DNA of 64,000 bases from Candidatus Moraniibacteriota bacterium. Lineage in GTDB: Bacteria; Patescibacteriota; Minisyncoccia; Moranbacterales; UBA1568. Positions 26,808 to 36,101 of the stretch are shown here, piece after piece. A program made the translations under genes and the position numbers. The notes under the pieces were generated by a model. It worked only from the letters and a program-made list of their open reading frames with translations, did not search any database and had not been told where the DNA came from. Position 1 is the stretch's first letter; each line of letters starts with the position of its first letter. Location: contig JAGOSP010000004.1 in NCBI GenBank assembly GCA_018062205.1, positions 198 to 64,197 of the forward strand, read 5' to 3'.

Positions 26808-28148
26808 ATGAAGAATCTTTTTTTGAACGGCATTGCATTTGTACGTGAAAATCCTCGTATTTTGTATTCTTTTGTGTTGCTTGTTTTTGTTCCAGCGGCT
26901 TTTTTCTTTAATACCTACAGTCTTATCTCCAGTATGGAGAAAGATATCGATCGTATTACTCAGCGTAAGGCGGTGTTGGCTGAGAAAATTATGAATAGCC
27001 TTATTGCTGGGAAAATAGGCGATAACGCTCTTCTTCAGACAACTATTGAGAGTGTTATCGCGGACAACAATGAGGTTCTTTCATTGGCTATTCTTCAATC
27101 AGAAAACGAAGGGAGTCGTTTTCGGGTAGTAGCATCGAGTGAGCCAGAAGCGATTGATCAGGTGACAGATGATATCCAATATACGCTAGCTTGGAATAAA
27201 CCTGAGGGAATCGCATTTCTCGATAGTGATACGAGCGGGCGTTTCTGGCGTGTCACTCGTCAACTAGTTGATGAGACGGATAATCGATCTGGATTGATTG
27301 CTATGACTTTTTCTTTGCGTGATTCGGATGCATTAATTGAAAAGACGGTATATCGGTCGTATCTTATCTTGATTGGGACGGTCATAATCGTTCTTCTCCT
27401 GGTTTCCAATCAAGCCCGTCTTTTTGGATACGTGCTTACGCTGAATAAACTGAAAGAAGTAGATGAGATGAAAGATAACCTCGTCTCAATGGCAAGCCAC
27501 GAATTGCGATCGCCGTTAGCTGCGATTCGTGGATATCTTGAATTACTTGACGACAAACATATTCATTTTGACGATGAAGCAAAGCATTATCTTGAAAACA
27601 TTGCTCATTCAGTAGATCGATTAAATACGCTCGTGAGTGATATGCTTGAGGTGTCTCGTCTTGAAGGGAATCGGATTCCCTTGACTATGGTAAATATTGA
27701 TCCTCAATTTCTTATCTCACAATCAGTAGAAGAACTTCGTTCTCAGTCAATACAGAAGGGATTGGAACTTGTGTTACTCGATATAGAGACAGCAAAAATA
27801 TATGCAGACTCAGAACGGACGAAAGAAATCCTTATCAATCTTATTGGGAATGCTCTTAAGTATACAGCGCAAGGAAGTGTGAGCGTGAGTGGGAAAATTA
27901 AGGATAATTCGTATTTGATTACCGTGGCTGATACAGGATTTGGTATATCGGCTGAAGATCAGAAACGATTATTTCAAAAATTTTCTCGTATTCAAAATCG
28001 GAAAACACAGATGATTACGGGAACTGGCTTGGGGCTATGGATAACATTTGAGCTTGCGCGCAGAATGAATGGGACAATCACAGTAGAGAGTATTGAAGGA
28101 GTTGGCTCACATTTTACACTACATCTTCCTTTGGCAAAGAAAGCGTAA
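26808..28148 (+). CDS. sensor histidine kinase (two N-terminal TM segments, extracytoplasmic sensor, HisKA + HATPase_c)
   Basis: H-box MASHELRSPLAAIRGY. N box IGNALKYT. G boxes DTGFGI and GTGLGLWI. Confidence 0.85.
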   Translation: MKNLFLNGIAFVRENPRILYSFVLLVFVPAAFFFNTYSLISSMEKDIDRITQRKAVLAEKIMNSLIAGKIGDNALLQTTIESVIADNNEVLSLAILQSENEGSRFRVVASSEPEAIDQVTDDIQYTLAWNKPEGIAFLDSDTSGRFWRVTRQLVDETDNRSGLIAMTFSLRDSDALIEKTVYRSYLILIGTVIIVLLLVSNQARLFGYVLTLNKLKEVDEMKDNLVSMASHELRSPLAAIRGYLELLDDKHIHFDDEAKHYLENIAHSVDRLNTLVSDMLEVSRLEGNRIPLTMVNIDPQFLISQSVEELRSQSIQKGLELVLLDIETAKIYADSERTKEILINLIGNALKYTAQGSVSVSGKIKDNSYLITVADTGFGISAEDQKRLFQKFSRIQNRKTQMITGTGLGLWITFELARRMNGTITVESIEGVGSHFTLHLPLAKKA

Positions 28149-28207
28149 AGGTATTTCACGGGTGAGTTACGGAGGCGCGTGAGTGGTAATTTCTTAAGTA
28201 AGAGTAT

Positions 28208-28960
28208 ATGCATCTTCCGAATGAATTTTTAAACAATGGGACGGCGGCGGGTCTCGCGGGGATTGCCGCGCTTGCAGTTGGACTAGTAACGCAGAAGGTA
28301 CGGAGTACATTCTTTGAAAAAATCCCCATTTTGAAGGCTCGATTTGCAACCTTTCCTCATAATATGGGCGATGGCGCGAGTATGAGTATACAGCATCGAC
28401 TTTCAAAACTTGGGCAAGAAAAAATATGGCGCATGGCAGCAATTGGCTCGCTTATTTTTTCTGCGCAGATGGTTAACTTTTCCATTGGCGGTGGGATATC
28501 GGGGCATTTGCTTGGCGGAGTACTCGCCGCCCTTATTCTGGGACCTTTTGAAGCATTTCTGGTGATGAGTGTTGTGCTTGCGACACAGGCTTTTGTTTTC
28601 GCGGATGGCGGAGTTATCGCTCTGGGAGCGAATATTTTTAATATAGGCATCGTGGGCGCTCTCGGCGGGTATTCTTATTTTATATTTTTGACAAAAAATT
28701 CGAAGCAAATAAAAAAAATATTTCTTCGAAGTGCGTTTGTCGCCGCCTGGCTTTCGGTTGTTTTTTCTGCTGTTGCAGCTTCGCTTGAGATTGCCTGGTC
28801 GGGGACACAGTCGCTTCCAATCGTGTTGCCATCAATGATACTGACACATATAAGTATCGGTCTTGGTGAAGGTTTGATTACTATAGTGATTCTCTTTTTC
28901 TTGCAAAAAAAGAATTTTTCACTGGAAATCCTCAAGAGAAAAGATTCTTATGCGGAATAG
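28208..28960 (+). CDS. CbiM/NikM-family ECF-type cobalt/nickel transporter membrane component
   Basis: The N-terminus MHLPNEFL matches CbiM MH(I/L)PxGFL. Gly-rich TM helices. Confidence 0.65.
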   Translation: MHLPNEFLNNGTAAGLAGIAALAVGLVTQKVRSTFFEKIPILKARFATFPHNMGDGASMSIQHRLSKLGQEKIWRMAAIGSLIFSAQMVNFSIGGGISGHLLGGVLAALILGPFEAFLVMSVVLATQAFVFADGGVIALGANIFNIGIVGALGGYSYFIFLTKNSKQIKKIFLRSAFVAAWLSVVFSAVAASLEIAWSGTQSLPIVLPSMILTHISIGLGEGLITIVILFFLQKKNFSLEILKRKDSYAE

Positions 28961-29249
28961 CTGGCGATTTGTGTTTTTTGGAGCGCTCTGTATTAGTGGC
29001 GGATTATCACTCTTCGCCTCTTCTTCTCCGGATGGATTGGAAAAAATTGCTAAAACACAAGGATTCCATGAGAAGGAAAGCCAGTTTTCCTGGGGTATTT
29101 TTTTGGACTATCGGATACCAGGAATTCAAGATGTTCATTTTTCGACAGCACTCGCTGGGATAGCCGGTACTATTTTTGTTTTTGGAATACTCTTTTTTCT
29201 AGGAAAAGTACTGTATCGTTCTGAGAAAATAGAGAATAATAATGTATAA
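28950..29249 (+). CDS. PDGLE-domain membrane protein (CbiN/NikN-like accessory component)
   Basis: Contains SSSPDGLEKIA. Two TM segments. It overlaps the cbiM-like stop by 11 nt. Confidence 0.55.
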   Translation: MRNSWRFVFFGALCISGGLSLFASSSPDGLEKIAKTQGFHEKESQFSWGIFLDYRIPGIQDVHFSTALAGIAGTIFVFGILFFLGKVLYRSEKIENNNV

Positions 29250-29296
29250 ATTTACACGCCCCGCTAGAAGCACCGGTGTTTTTTTTGATGATTTTT

Positions 29297-29683
29297 TTAT
29301 TTTCCAATTTCAAGAAAACTGACTGAGGCTATACCAAGAACAATGCCAATTATTTCATAGGGCGTGATGTTTTCGTGGAAAAAAAAGTAGCCAACAAAAG
29401 TAAGTGTAAGAATATTGAAAATGACCATAAGGAGAGAAGCTACGGCGATATTTTCGTACTTGTAGCTGTATGCCAACAAATTCATGCTTATAAGGTACAG
29501 GAAAATACCTCCTGCATAGAATAAGCTAGAGGAATTTCTGACCCATTGTTTGAGGACAATATCGCCAATAGTCAGGATTATGCCCGCTGTAATGGTGAGA
29601 AAAAGTACCATAGGAAGAGAATATTTGCAGAAAACTCTTTTCAGTATACAGTATACTGTGAGAAGCGATGTGACTTGGTGCAT
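29297..29683 (-). CDS. small 4-TM membrane protein (DMT/SMR-like half transporter?)
   Basis: 128 aa with four hydrophobic helices. No specific motif recognised. Confidence 0.4.
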   Translation of the reverse strand: MHQVTSLLTVYCILKRVFCKYSLPMVLFLTITAGIILTIGDIVLKQWVRNSSSLFYAGGIFLYLISMNLLAYSYKYENIAVASLLMVIFNILTLTFVGYFFFHENITPYEIIGIVLGIASVSFLEIGK

Positions 29684-29787
29684 CTTTTCTCTTGCTGTAC
29701 AAGAGATGCGAAATCCTTGGGATTTGGAAAGGATATCTTCTTAAGAGACCGTGTTTTTTTAAAAACCTATACGTGAGAGGAAATGAG

Positions 29788-30099
29788 ATGTCAAGAGTGG
29801 ATTTCGTTTTACCCGAAGAATTTACCCTGGATTGTACTGGGGTGAAAGTGATTCTTCGTATCGCACGTCGTCTCGCTGAAATCCGATTTGGAAATCAGAT
29901 GGCAACCAGATGTCCTTCTCAGATGGGGAAAGGTGGTGCTATTATCTTGCATCCAAAAACAGGTGCTCATCGGCTGTATCCACCAGGAAAAAAAGCTGAC
30001 CAACCGAAAGGGCATTGGCGATTGACCTCCTCGTGTGATGCTGTGCCGAAACTCCGATTGATAGTCGAAACCCTCTGTTGTTTCCCAGAGAGTATTTGA
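29788..30099 (+). CDS. hypothetical small protein (103 aa)
   Basis: ATG with RBS GAGAGGAAA. Followed by a terminator. No homology recognised. Confidence 0.35.
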   Translation: MSRVDFVLPEEFTLDCTGVKVILRIARRLAEIRFGNQMATRCPSQMGKGGAIILHPKTGAHRLYPPGKKADQPKGHWRLTSSCDAVPKLRLIVETLCCFPESI

Positions 30100-30118
30100 C
30101 TCGTTTTTTCGGCGTAAA

Positions 30119-30157
30119 ACCGCCCCCTGTTTGTTTTTTTCGGGGCGGCTTTTTTTA
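30119..30157 (+). terminator. Rho-independent terminator
   Basis: ACCGCCCC-loop-GGGGCGG followed by TTTTTTT. Confidence 0.55.
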
Positions 30158-30226
30158 TGCTTGTTTATGATATGATACAAATAATATCGAGAGCAGGGGG
30201 ATTTTTAGGTATAAATACCGAATCGT

Positions 30227-31195
30227 ATGCCATCTTTCGAAGCACCACAATCGTTTGAGTTTTCTCGAGCGAAGCGACCAGCGGGGGGTGATCGAATACA
30301 GCGTGAACGTGAGCCACAAATCGAGCGGGTAGTATGTTTGTCGGATATTCACAATGACCTTGTAGCGGCACGCGCCAGCTTGAAGCAGCGAGATCTTATA
30401 GGGAATGACGGAGAGTGGAAGTATTCAGTTCGACCGGTACACTTGTTGTTATTGGGGGATAGTGTGAATAAACAGAATCCCAATCCTGATGCACTTACAT
30501 ATTTCCGTCATCTTCAGAAAACAGCACCAGCTGATTGTTCAGTGACGATGCTTGTCGGAAATCACGAACTTGATCTCCTGACGCAAGTAGCCAATGGTAA
30601 GGAGGTAGGATTAAAAAACAAAAAAATCGAATTTCTTGGATCAATGGACGTTGTTTGTGTGCGCGGATCAGTGCTTTATTTACATCGGTATCCATCGCTT
30701 GGATTGGTACGAGAGCTCTGGCAGCAATATTGTGAACAAGGGGGAATTCCGGCAACTTGGAATATAAATCGTCGTTTTCGAGAAGCGGTATTCATGATGA
30801 GAAAAGATCCAGAAAAAAGTAAAAATATTTTTCGCGAATGTGATGATGGCGGTGAAGAGAGATCGCTTGGAGGTCTTTCTCCTAAGGAATATTATCAGAA
30901 ATACGGTGTTCTTTTGAGTCATTTTTTGAAGGAAATGGGCGTGACTACCGTTATACACGGGCACAAAAAACAAGAGGAGGGCGGTCAAAAATTTGAACCA
31001 TATATCCCGGATGTTCTTATGGTGAATAGTGATGTTGGAATATCCAGAAAAAAGAATTTAGAACATCATCATAGGATTGGTTCGGTTGAAGTAACCCCAG
31101 CAACTGATGGTGGTATTGAGATCATCTGTACGTATAAACCGAATATCAAACTCAAGAATAACGATACGACTACACAAACAAGGACGATTCATTAG
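30227..31195 (+). CDS. calcineurin-like metallophosphoesterase (possible PPP-type Ser/Thr phosphatase)
   Basis: Motifs DxH (CLSDIHND), GDxxN (LLGDSVNK) and GNHE. Confidence 0.75.
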   Translation: MPSFEAPQSFEFSRAKRPAGGDRIQREREPQIERVVCLSDIHNDLVAARASLKQRDLIGNDGEWKYSVRPVHLLLLGDSVNKQNPNPDALTYFRHLQKTAPADCSVTMLVGNHELDLLTQVANGKEVGLKNKKIEFLGSMDVVCVRGSVLYLHRYPSLGLVRELWQQYCEQGGIPATWNINRRFREAVFMMRKDPEKSKNIFRECDDGGEERSLGGLSPKEYYQKYGVLLSHFLKEMGVTTVIHGHKKQEEGGQKFEPYIPDVLMVNSDVGISRKKNLEHHHRIGSVEVTPATDGGIEIICTYKPNIKLKNNDTTTQTRTIH

Positions 31196-31214
31196 AAAGA
31201 AAGAATGATACTCA

Positions 31215-31248
31215 AAACAAGGTGAAGCAATCCTTGTTTTTCTTTTTT
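31215..31248 (+). terminator. Rho-independent terminator
   Basis: ACAAGG-TGAAGCAAT-CCTTGT followed by TTTTCTTTTTT. Confidence 0.6.
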
Positions 31249-31259
31249 AGAAGTAAAAT

Positions 31260-31288
31260 TTGACATACCCCAAGGGGGGTATTAAAAT
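31260..31288 (+). promoter_or_regulatory. copper-operon promoter with embedded CsoR operator
   Basis: TTGACA (31260-31265), a 17-nt spacer, then TAAAAT (31283-31288). The spacer contains the GC-rich inverted repeat ATACCCC-AAGG-GGGGTAT (31265-31282), which resembles known CsoR operators. Confidence 0.65.
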
Positions 31289-31321
31289 AGAGGTATTAAA
31301 AAATACTTAAATGAAATATTT

Positions 31322-31591
31322 ATGAATATCGAGAAAAAAAAACTGATTCACCGATTGAAAATTATTGAAGGTCAAGTACGCGGATTGCAGGAGATGTTGG
31401 AAAAAGATATTTATTGTATCGATATCATCACGCAGACTTCGGCCGTGAAGCAAGGACTAACTAATATCGAGGATAAATTGATGGAGTCTCATCTTGGGAG
31501 CTGTTTGGTTCGGCAGATGAAGAGTGGACAGAAGGAACAGGCTCAAGCTCAAGCAGAAATTCTGAAGGTGTATCGATTAAAACGAAAATAA
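31322..31591 (+). CDS. csoR: CsoR/RcnR-family copper-sensing transcriptional repressor
   Basis: 89 aa. RLKIIEGQVRGLQEML..YCIDIITQ..H..C carries the C-H-C ligand set. Confidence 0.85.
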   Translation: MNIEKKKLIHRLKIIEGQVRGLQEMLEKDIYCIDIITQTSAVKQGLTNIEDKLMESHLGSCLVRQMKSGQKEQAQAQAEILKVYRLKRK

Positions 31592-31672
31592 AAATTTTAT
31601 TAATATTTGAGATCAATTTGAAATATACGACTAATATAAAAGCGTCCAGTAGCTCATAATTAATTTGAATGT

Positions 31673-32233
31673 ATGTTTATGCAAAAAATTTCTCTTGCCC
31701 TCGCGCTCTCTCTCGCTTTAGTATCCGGGCTTATTGGTTTTGGAGTTGGATATGTTCTTACACCAGATTATGCCATGTATGATAAGAGCCGTATGGATCT
31801 CGGACGCCCCGATAGGACAATCGATTTGCGCTATATTAATGCGATGATTTCGCATCACCAAGGCGCGATTTTGCTTGCAAAACAAGCAGAGCAAAGTGAG
31901 CGGAAGGAAGTAAGGGACCTGGCTTTTGCTATTCAGAAAAGTGAACCAGAGTTGATTGCGGAATTGTATCGGTGGAAGAACGATTGGTATAACGATAAGC
32001 GCACGGTACCAGATCCTCTTGCGGCGAAACTTGGGGATTATAATGCTACTTTTGATTTACGATTTCTCAATGCACTAGTTGCTCATCATGAGAGCGGTAT
32101 CTTGATGACCAAGGAGATTCGAAATAAATCAAGCCGGAACGAAGTGTTGGACAATGCTGATGCAGTGGAGACATTTTTGAGTGATGGGCTGAATTTACTG
32201 AGAGGGTGGAGAAGTGAATGGTATAACCTGTAA
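31673..32233 (+). CDS. DUF305 domain protein (copper-resistance associated), membrane-anchored
   Basis: Duplicated motif RYINAMISHHQGAILLAK / RFLNALVAHHESGILMTK. Confidence 0.8.
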   Translation: MFMQKISLALALSLALVSGLIGFGVGYVLTPDYAMYDKSRMDLGRPDRTIDLRYINAMISHHQGAILLAKQAEQSERKEVRDLAFAIQKSEPELIAELYRWKNDWYNDKRTVPDPLAAKLGDYNATFDLRFLNALVAHHESGILMTKEIRNKSSRNEVLDNADAVETFLSDGLNLLRGWRSEWYNL

Positions 32234-32238
32234 ACCGT

Positions 32239-34491
32239 ATGATTACTCAAAAATTTCCTATCACAGGTATACACTGCGCCAGCTGCGCGGCTATCATCAC
32301 GAAGCATTTGACAAGAATGGATGGCGTTAATGATGTAGACGTAAACATTGCAACCGAACAAGCGAATATTGTTTTTGAGGAAAATCGAGTGAATCCAGAA
32401 TCGATGAATCAGATATTGGAACCTCTTGGTTATTCTCTTGTATTCGCAACCGATTCAGATAAAGAGATTGTTGCGGAAGAAAAAGATGAATTGTTTGTGG
32501 CGGAGCAAGCGAAAACATATTTTGTTTTACCACTCGCGATTGTTTTTTTTGTTCTGATGTTGTGGGAGATTGCCGCTCCAAGATACTTTTTTGTACCGAA
32601 TTTTCCGTTTCCGATGCAATTTTGGAGTATCTTTTCGCTCGCGATAGCAACTATGGTTTTCTTTTGGGCTGGAAGGCCGTTTTTATCTGGAGTGTGGCGT
32701 TTTATGCGATTCGGAGTAGCGGATATGAATACCCTGATTGGCATGGGAACATCAGTTGCATACTTTTATAGCACACTCATTGTGCTTCTTCCTTCTTTCC
32801 CGCTCTATTTCCGTCTACCAGAAGAAACATATTTTGACGTTGTAATCGTGGTTATTGGTTTTGTCACGTTAGGGAAATACCTTGAAGCTCGAGCTAAAGC
32901 AAAAACAGGTGATGCTATTGCTGAGCTTCTTCATCTTCAAGCAAAAACAGCGTTGGTAATTCGCAATGATGAAGAAAAAGAAATACCTATTTCTTCGGTA
33001 GTACCCGGTGATTTAGTTCGAGTTAAACCAGCGGGGAGAATCCCTGTTGATGGTAGAGTTATTGATGGATTTTCATATATAGATGAATCGATGCTCTCTG
33101 GAGAACCGATGCCAGTGGAAAAAAAGAAAGATGATTTAGTTCACGCTGGCACACTTAATACAACTGGTACATTTGTATTTTGCGTCACTGAGGTAGGCCA
33201 GACGACTTTGTTGGCACGTATCATTCGTATGGTTGAAGAGGCTCAAGGAAGTAAAGCTCCTATACAAGCGCTAGTTGATCGAATATCCGCTGTTTTTGTA
33301 CCAACGGTTTTGGGTTTTGCGGTCGTGATGGTCTGCCTCTGGCTCATTTTTGGAACACCTTTGTACGGTTTTTCCCAGGCTCTTTCTTTCGCGCTTCTAG
33401 CGTTTGTTGGCATACTCGTGATCGCTTGTCCTTGTGCGCTTGGATTAGCAACACCAACTTCGATTATTGTTGGAGTTGGCAAAGGGGCTCAAGAAGGGAT
33501 TCTGGTGAGAGATGCTGCGACACTTGAACAGTTGTCTCGGGCGCAAGTAATTGTTATGGATAAGACTGGAACGCTCACGAAAGGCGAACCGGAATTGGTT
33601 GCTATTCGTACTTCATTTGGGTATGAAGAAGAAAAAATTCTTGCTCTTGCGATTGCACTGGAAAATCATTCAGAACATCCGTTAGCGAAGGCTTTCATGG
33701 ATTTTGCCGCAAACAAGAATGTTGCTATTTCGTCGGTAGATAATTTTGAAGCCCAAAGAGGGAAGGGTGTTTCTGGTACCATATCGGGTCAGTCATACTA
33801 TCTAGGAAGCGTTGGATGGACGAAAGAACATGGATTATTAATGGATGAGGATACCATTAACCAGGAGGCTCGTGAAGGGAAGGTTCCTCTTATCCTCTGT
33901 TCTGATAAAGAAATCCTTGGAATATTTTTTGTTGCAGATCGCGTAAAACCAGAAGCGCATCAGTCAGTAGCTGAATTACAGAAGCTTGGTTTGCGGGTGA
34001 TAATGCTCACGGGAGATCATAGGCAAGTTGCTCAGTATATCGGAGAACAAGTAGGCATTCACGAAATTATCGCGGAAGCATTACCAGATGATAAGTTCGC
34101 AGTGATTAAGCGTCTACAGGGAGAAGGAAATATAGTGGTTATGGTGGGGGACGGCATTAATGATGCTCCAGCATTAGCTCAGGCAAATATTGGCATTGCT
34201 TTGGCAACGGGTACCGATGCGGCAATTGAATCGGCGGGTATTACTTTGTTGCATGGAGATATAGGGAAGTTGGTGAAAGCTGTTCGACTGTCACGGATGA
34301 CACTTTCTGGTATCAAGCAAAATCTTTTTCTTGCCTTTGTGTTTAATGTTGTTGGTATTCCACTCGCTGGCGGAATTTTTTATCCTCTGTTTGGCTGGTT
34401 CTTGAGTCCGGCATTCGCGGGGCTTGCGATGGCTTTCTCAAGTGTTACTGTGGTAAGTAATGCACTTCGTCTTAAAACGAAAAAATTGTAA
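32239..34491 (+). CDS. copA: copper-translocating P1B-type ATPase
   Basis: N-terminal HMA GIHCASCA. Motifs CPC (ACPCALGLATP), DKTGTLT and GDGINDAPAL. Confidence 0.9.
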   Translation: MITQKFPITGIHCASCAAIITKHLTRMDGVNDVDVNIATEQANIVFEENRVNPESMNQILEPLGYSLVFATDSDKEIVAEEKDELFVAEQAKTYFVLPLAIVFFVLMLWEIAAPRYFFVPNFPFPMQFWSIFSLAIATMVFFWAGRPFLSGVWRFMRFGVADMNTLIGMGTSVAYFYSTLIVLLPSFPLYFRLPEETYFDVVIVVIGFVTLGKYLEARAKAKTGDAIAELLHLQAKTALVIRNDEEKEIPISSVVPGDLVRVKPAGRIPVDGRVIDGFSYIDESMLSGEPMPVEKKKDDLVHAGTLNTTGTFVFCVTEVGQTTLLARIIRMVEEAQGSKAPIQALVDRISAVFVPTVLGFAVVMVCLWLIFGTPLYGFSQALSFALLAFVGILVIACPCALGLATPTSIIVGVGKGAQEGILVRDAATLEQLSRAQVIVMDKTGTLTKGEPELVAIRTSFGYEEEKILALAIALENHSEHPLAKAFMDFAANKNVAISSVDNFEAQRGKGVSGTISGQSYYLGSVGWTKEHGLLMDEDTINQEAREGKVPLILCSDKEILGIFFVADRVKPEAHQSVAELQKLGLRVIMLTGDHRQVAQYIGEQVGIHEIIAEALPDDKFAVIKRLQGEGNIVVMVGDGINDAPALAQANIGIALATGTDAAIESAGITLLHGDIGKLVKAVRLSRMTLSGIKQNLFLAFVFNVVGIPLAGGIFYPLFGWFLSPAFAGLAMAFSSVTVVSNALRLKTKKL

Positions 34492-34495
34492 CCGT

Positions 34496-35533
34496 ATGGA
34501 AAATACTACGAATATACAAACGCGCGTATTCTATATCACTGGTATGCATTGCAAAGCCTGTATCCTTCTAACTGAGGATGAACTTTGTGGACATCCAAAA
34601 GTTATTTCTGCTAAATCAAGCCTCAAAACCAGTTCTGTAGAAGTACAAGGAGATTTTGGATCAATGTCCCAAGAACTCCTTGTTAAGGAACTTGACGCTC
34701 TTCTCATAAAACATGGATATCATCTCTCGATTGAACGACCTCAGGAAAAACGCAATTGGCTTGATTTCCGCGTTGCAATTCCGCTGACACTCCTTTTTAT
34801 TGGATTTTTTGTTTTCCTTCAAAAAATAGGCTTAGTGAATTTATTGAATGTAAATGAAGTATCGTATGGAGCTGCTTTTCTGATTGGAATTATCGCATCA
34901 CTTTCCTCATGTTTAGCGGTAGTTGGAGGGCTTGCTCTTTCAGTTTCGGCAAGTTTCGCTAAAAATGGTGATGCCATCAAGCCACAAATCCTATTTCACG
35001 TAGGTCGTCTAGTAAGCTTTTTCTTTCTTGGTGGAATGATCGGTGCGCTAGGTGCACATTTCGCTTTGAGTGTAACAGGAACCTTTATTTTGAGCTTACT
35101 CACAGGAATAATTATGTTGTTACTTGGGCTGAATTTACTGGATATTTTTTCTTGGACGAAAGTGGTTCAATTGGGGATTCCAAGAAGCATTGCGGATAGA
35201 GCGTATCGGCTGAAAGATATACAGCATCGTTTTGTACCATTTTTACTTGGTGGGGTTACGTTCTTTCTCCCTTGTGGCTTTACTCAGTCTATGCAGGTCT
35301 ACACGCTTTCCACTGGCAGTTTTTTTTCCGGAGCGCTGACGATGACTGCTTTTGCTTTAGGGACAATGCCAGTATTATTGCTTCTCAGTTTTGGTTCGCT
35401 TGGGATTCGTTCGGGCGTTCCTTTGAGCATCTTTTTCAAAACAGCCGGATTGATCGTGATTGCTTTTGCACTTCTTGCTATGTATAGTAGCCTGGTTGCT
35501 ATTGGTATCGTTCCTCCGATTTTTAATCTCTAA
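34496..35533 (+). CDS. HMA-domain fused to polytopic permease (DsbD_2/TauE-like) with Cys-containing TM helices
   Basis: N-terminal YITGMHCKAC (an HMA-like segment). Downstream TM helices carry SSCLAV and PCGFTQ. Starts 4 nt after the copA stop. Confidence 0.6.
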   Translation: MENTTNIQTRVFYITGMHCKACILLTEDELCGHPKVISAKSSLKTSSVEVQGDFGSMSQELLVKELDALLIKHGYHLSIERPQEKRNWLDFRVAIPLTLLFIGFFVFLQKIGLVNLLNVNEVSYGAAFLIGIIASLSSCLAVVGGLALSVSASFAKNGDAIKPQILFHVGRLVSFFFLGGMIGALGAHFALSVTGTFILSLLTGIIMLLLGLNLLDIFSWTKVVQLGIPRSIADRAYRLKDIQHRFVPFLLGGVTFFLPCGFTQSMQVYTLSTGSFFSGALTMTAFALGTMPVLLLLSFGSLGIRSGVPLSIFFKTAGLIVIAFALLAMYSSLVAIGIVPPIFNL

Positions 35534-35552
35534 TATCAAAGCATTGAATACT

Positions 35553-35954
35553 ATGAAAATATTTTTTTGGATCCTTTTTGGAATTACCTTGTTGGTTGGC
35601 GGATACTTAATGAGAGAGCTCTTTTTCTCAGAAAAAAATCAATCCCGCTTAAGTGAAGAAGCAGGTGCGAACAATGTGACAGAAAGCGACGGAAAGCAAT
35701 ATATTGAAATACGCGCAAAGGGTGGTTATTTGCCACGTGTTAGTGTGGCAAAGGCTGAAATGCCAACAATACTTCGTTTTCGTACGGAGAGTACTTTCGA
35801 CTGTTCTTCTCAGGTGCTTATTCCGAGTTTGAATATAAGCCAGGTACTATCTTCCTCCGGAGTGACTGAGACAAATCTCGGTGTCCTTAAACCAGGAACG
35901 ATTCAGGGTTTGTGTAGTATGGGGATGTATTCATTTGAAATCCAGGTTGAATAG
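35553..35954 (+). CDS. cupredoxin-like domain protein (membrane-anchored)
   Basis: N-terminal TM. YIEIRAKGGYLPRVSVAKAEMPTILRFRTEST, then C..C..M, resembles Cupredoxin_1-type proteins common in copA operons. Confidence 0.55.
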   Translation: MKIFFWILFGITLLVGGYLMRELFFSEKNQSRLSEEAGANNVTESDGKQYIEIRAKGGYLPRVSVAKAEMPTILRFRTESTFDCSSQVLIPSLNISQVLSSSGVTETNLGVLKPGTIQGLCSMGMYSFEIQVE

Positions 35955-36101
35955 ATTGATCAGGTTGGTGGGCACAGGTTTGATTCTGCGGGGCTACGAT
36001 ACTTGACATTCTAGACCAGAGTGTCCTAATTCAGAACGGAATGAATGCAAGGGTGGACGGGGAGGTTTTTTTGTTTTTTAACAATGATGGAGGTTTCTGA
36101 A

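Noticed and set aside
29783-30110. Possible tmRNA/SRP RNA (GGGGUGAAAGUGAUUC...)
   Set aside because: It lacks the tmRNA UUCGAC/T-arm-ACCA 3' end and SRP domain IV motifs. The region is better explained by a small ORF with a strong RBS and terminator.
35965-36005. tRNA-like T-arm resemblance (GGTTTGATTCTGCGGGG)
   Set aside because: No complementary T-stem, acceptor stem or anticodon arm could be built. Likely chance similarity in a terminator-less intergenic region.
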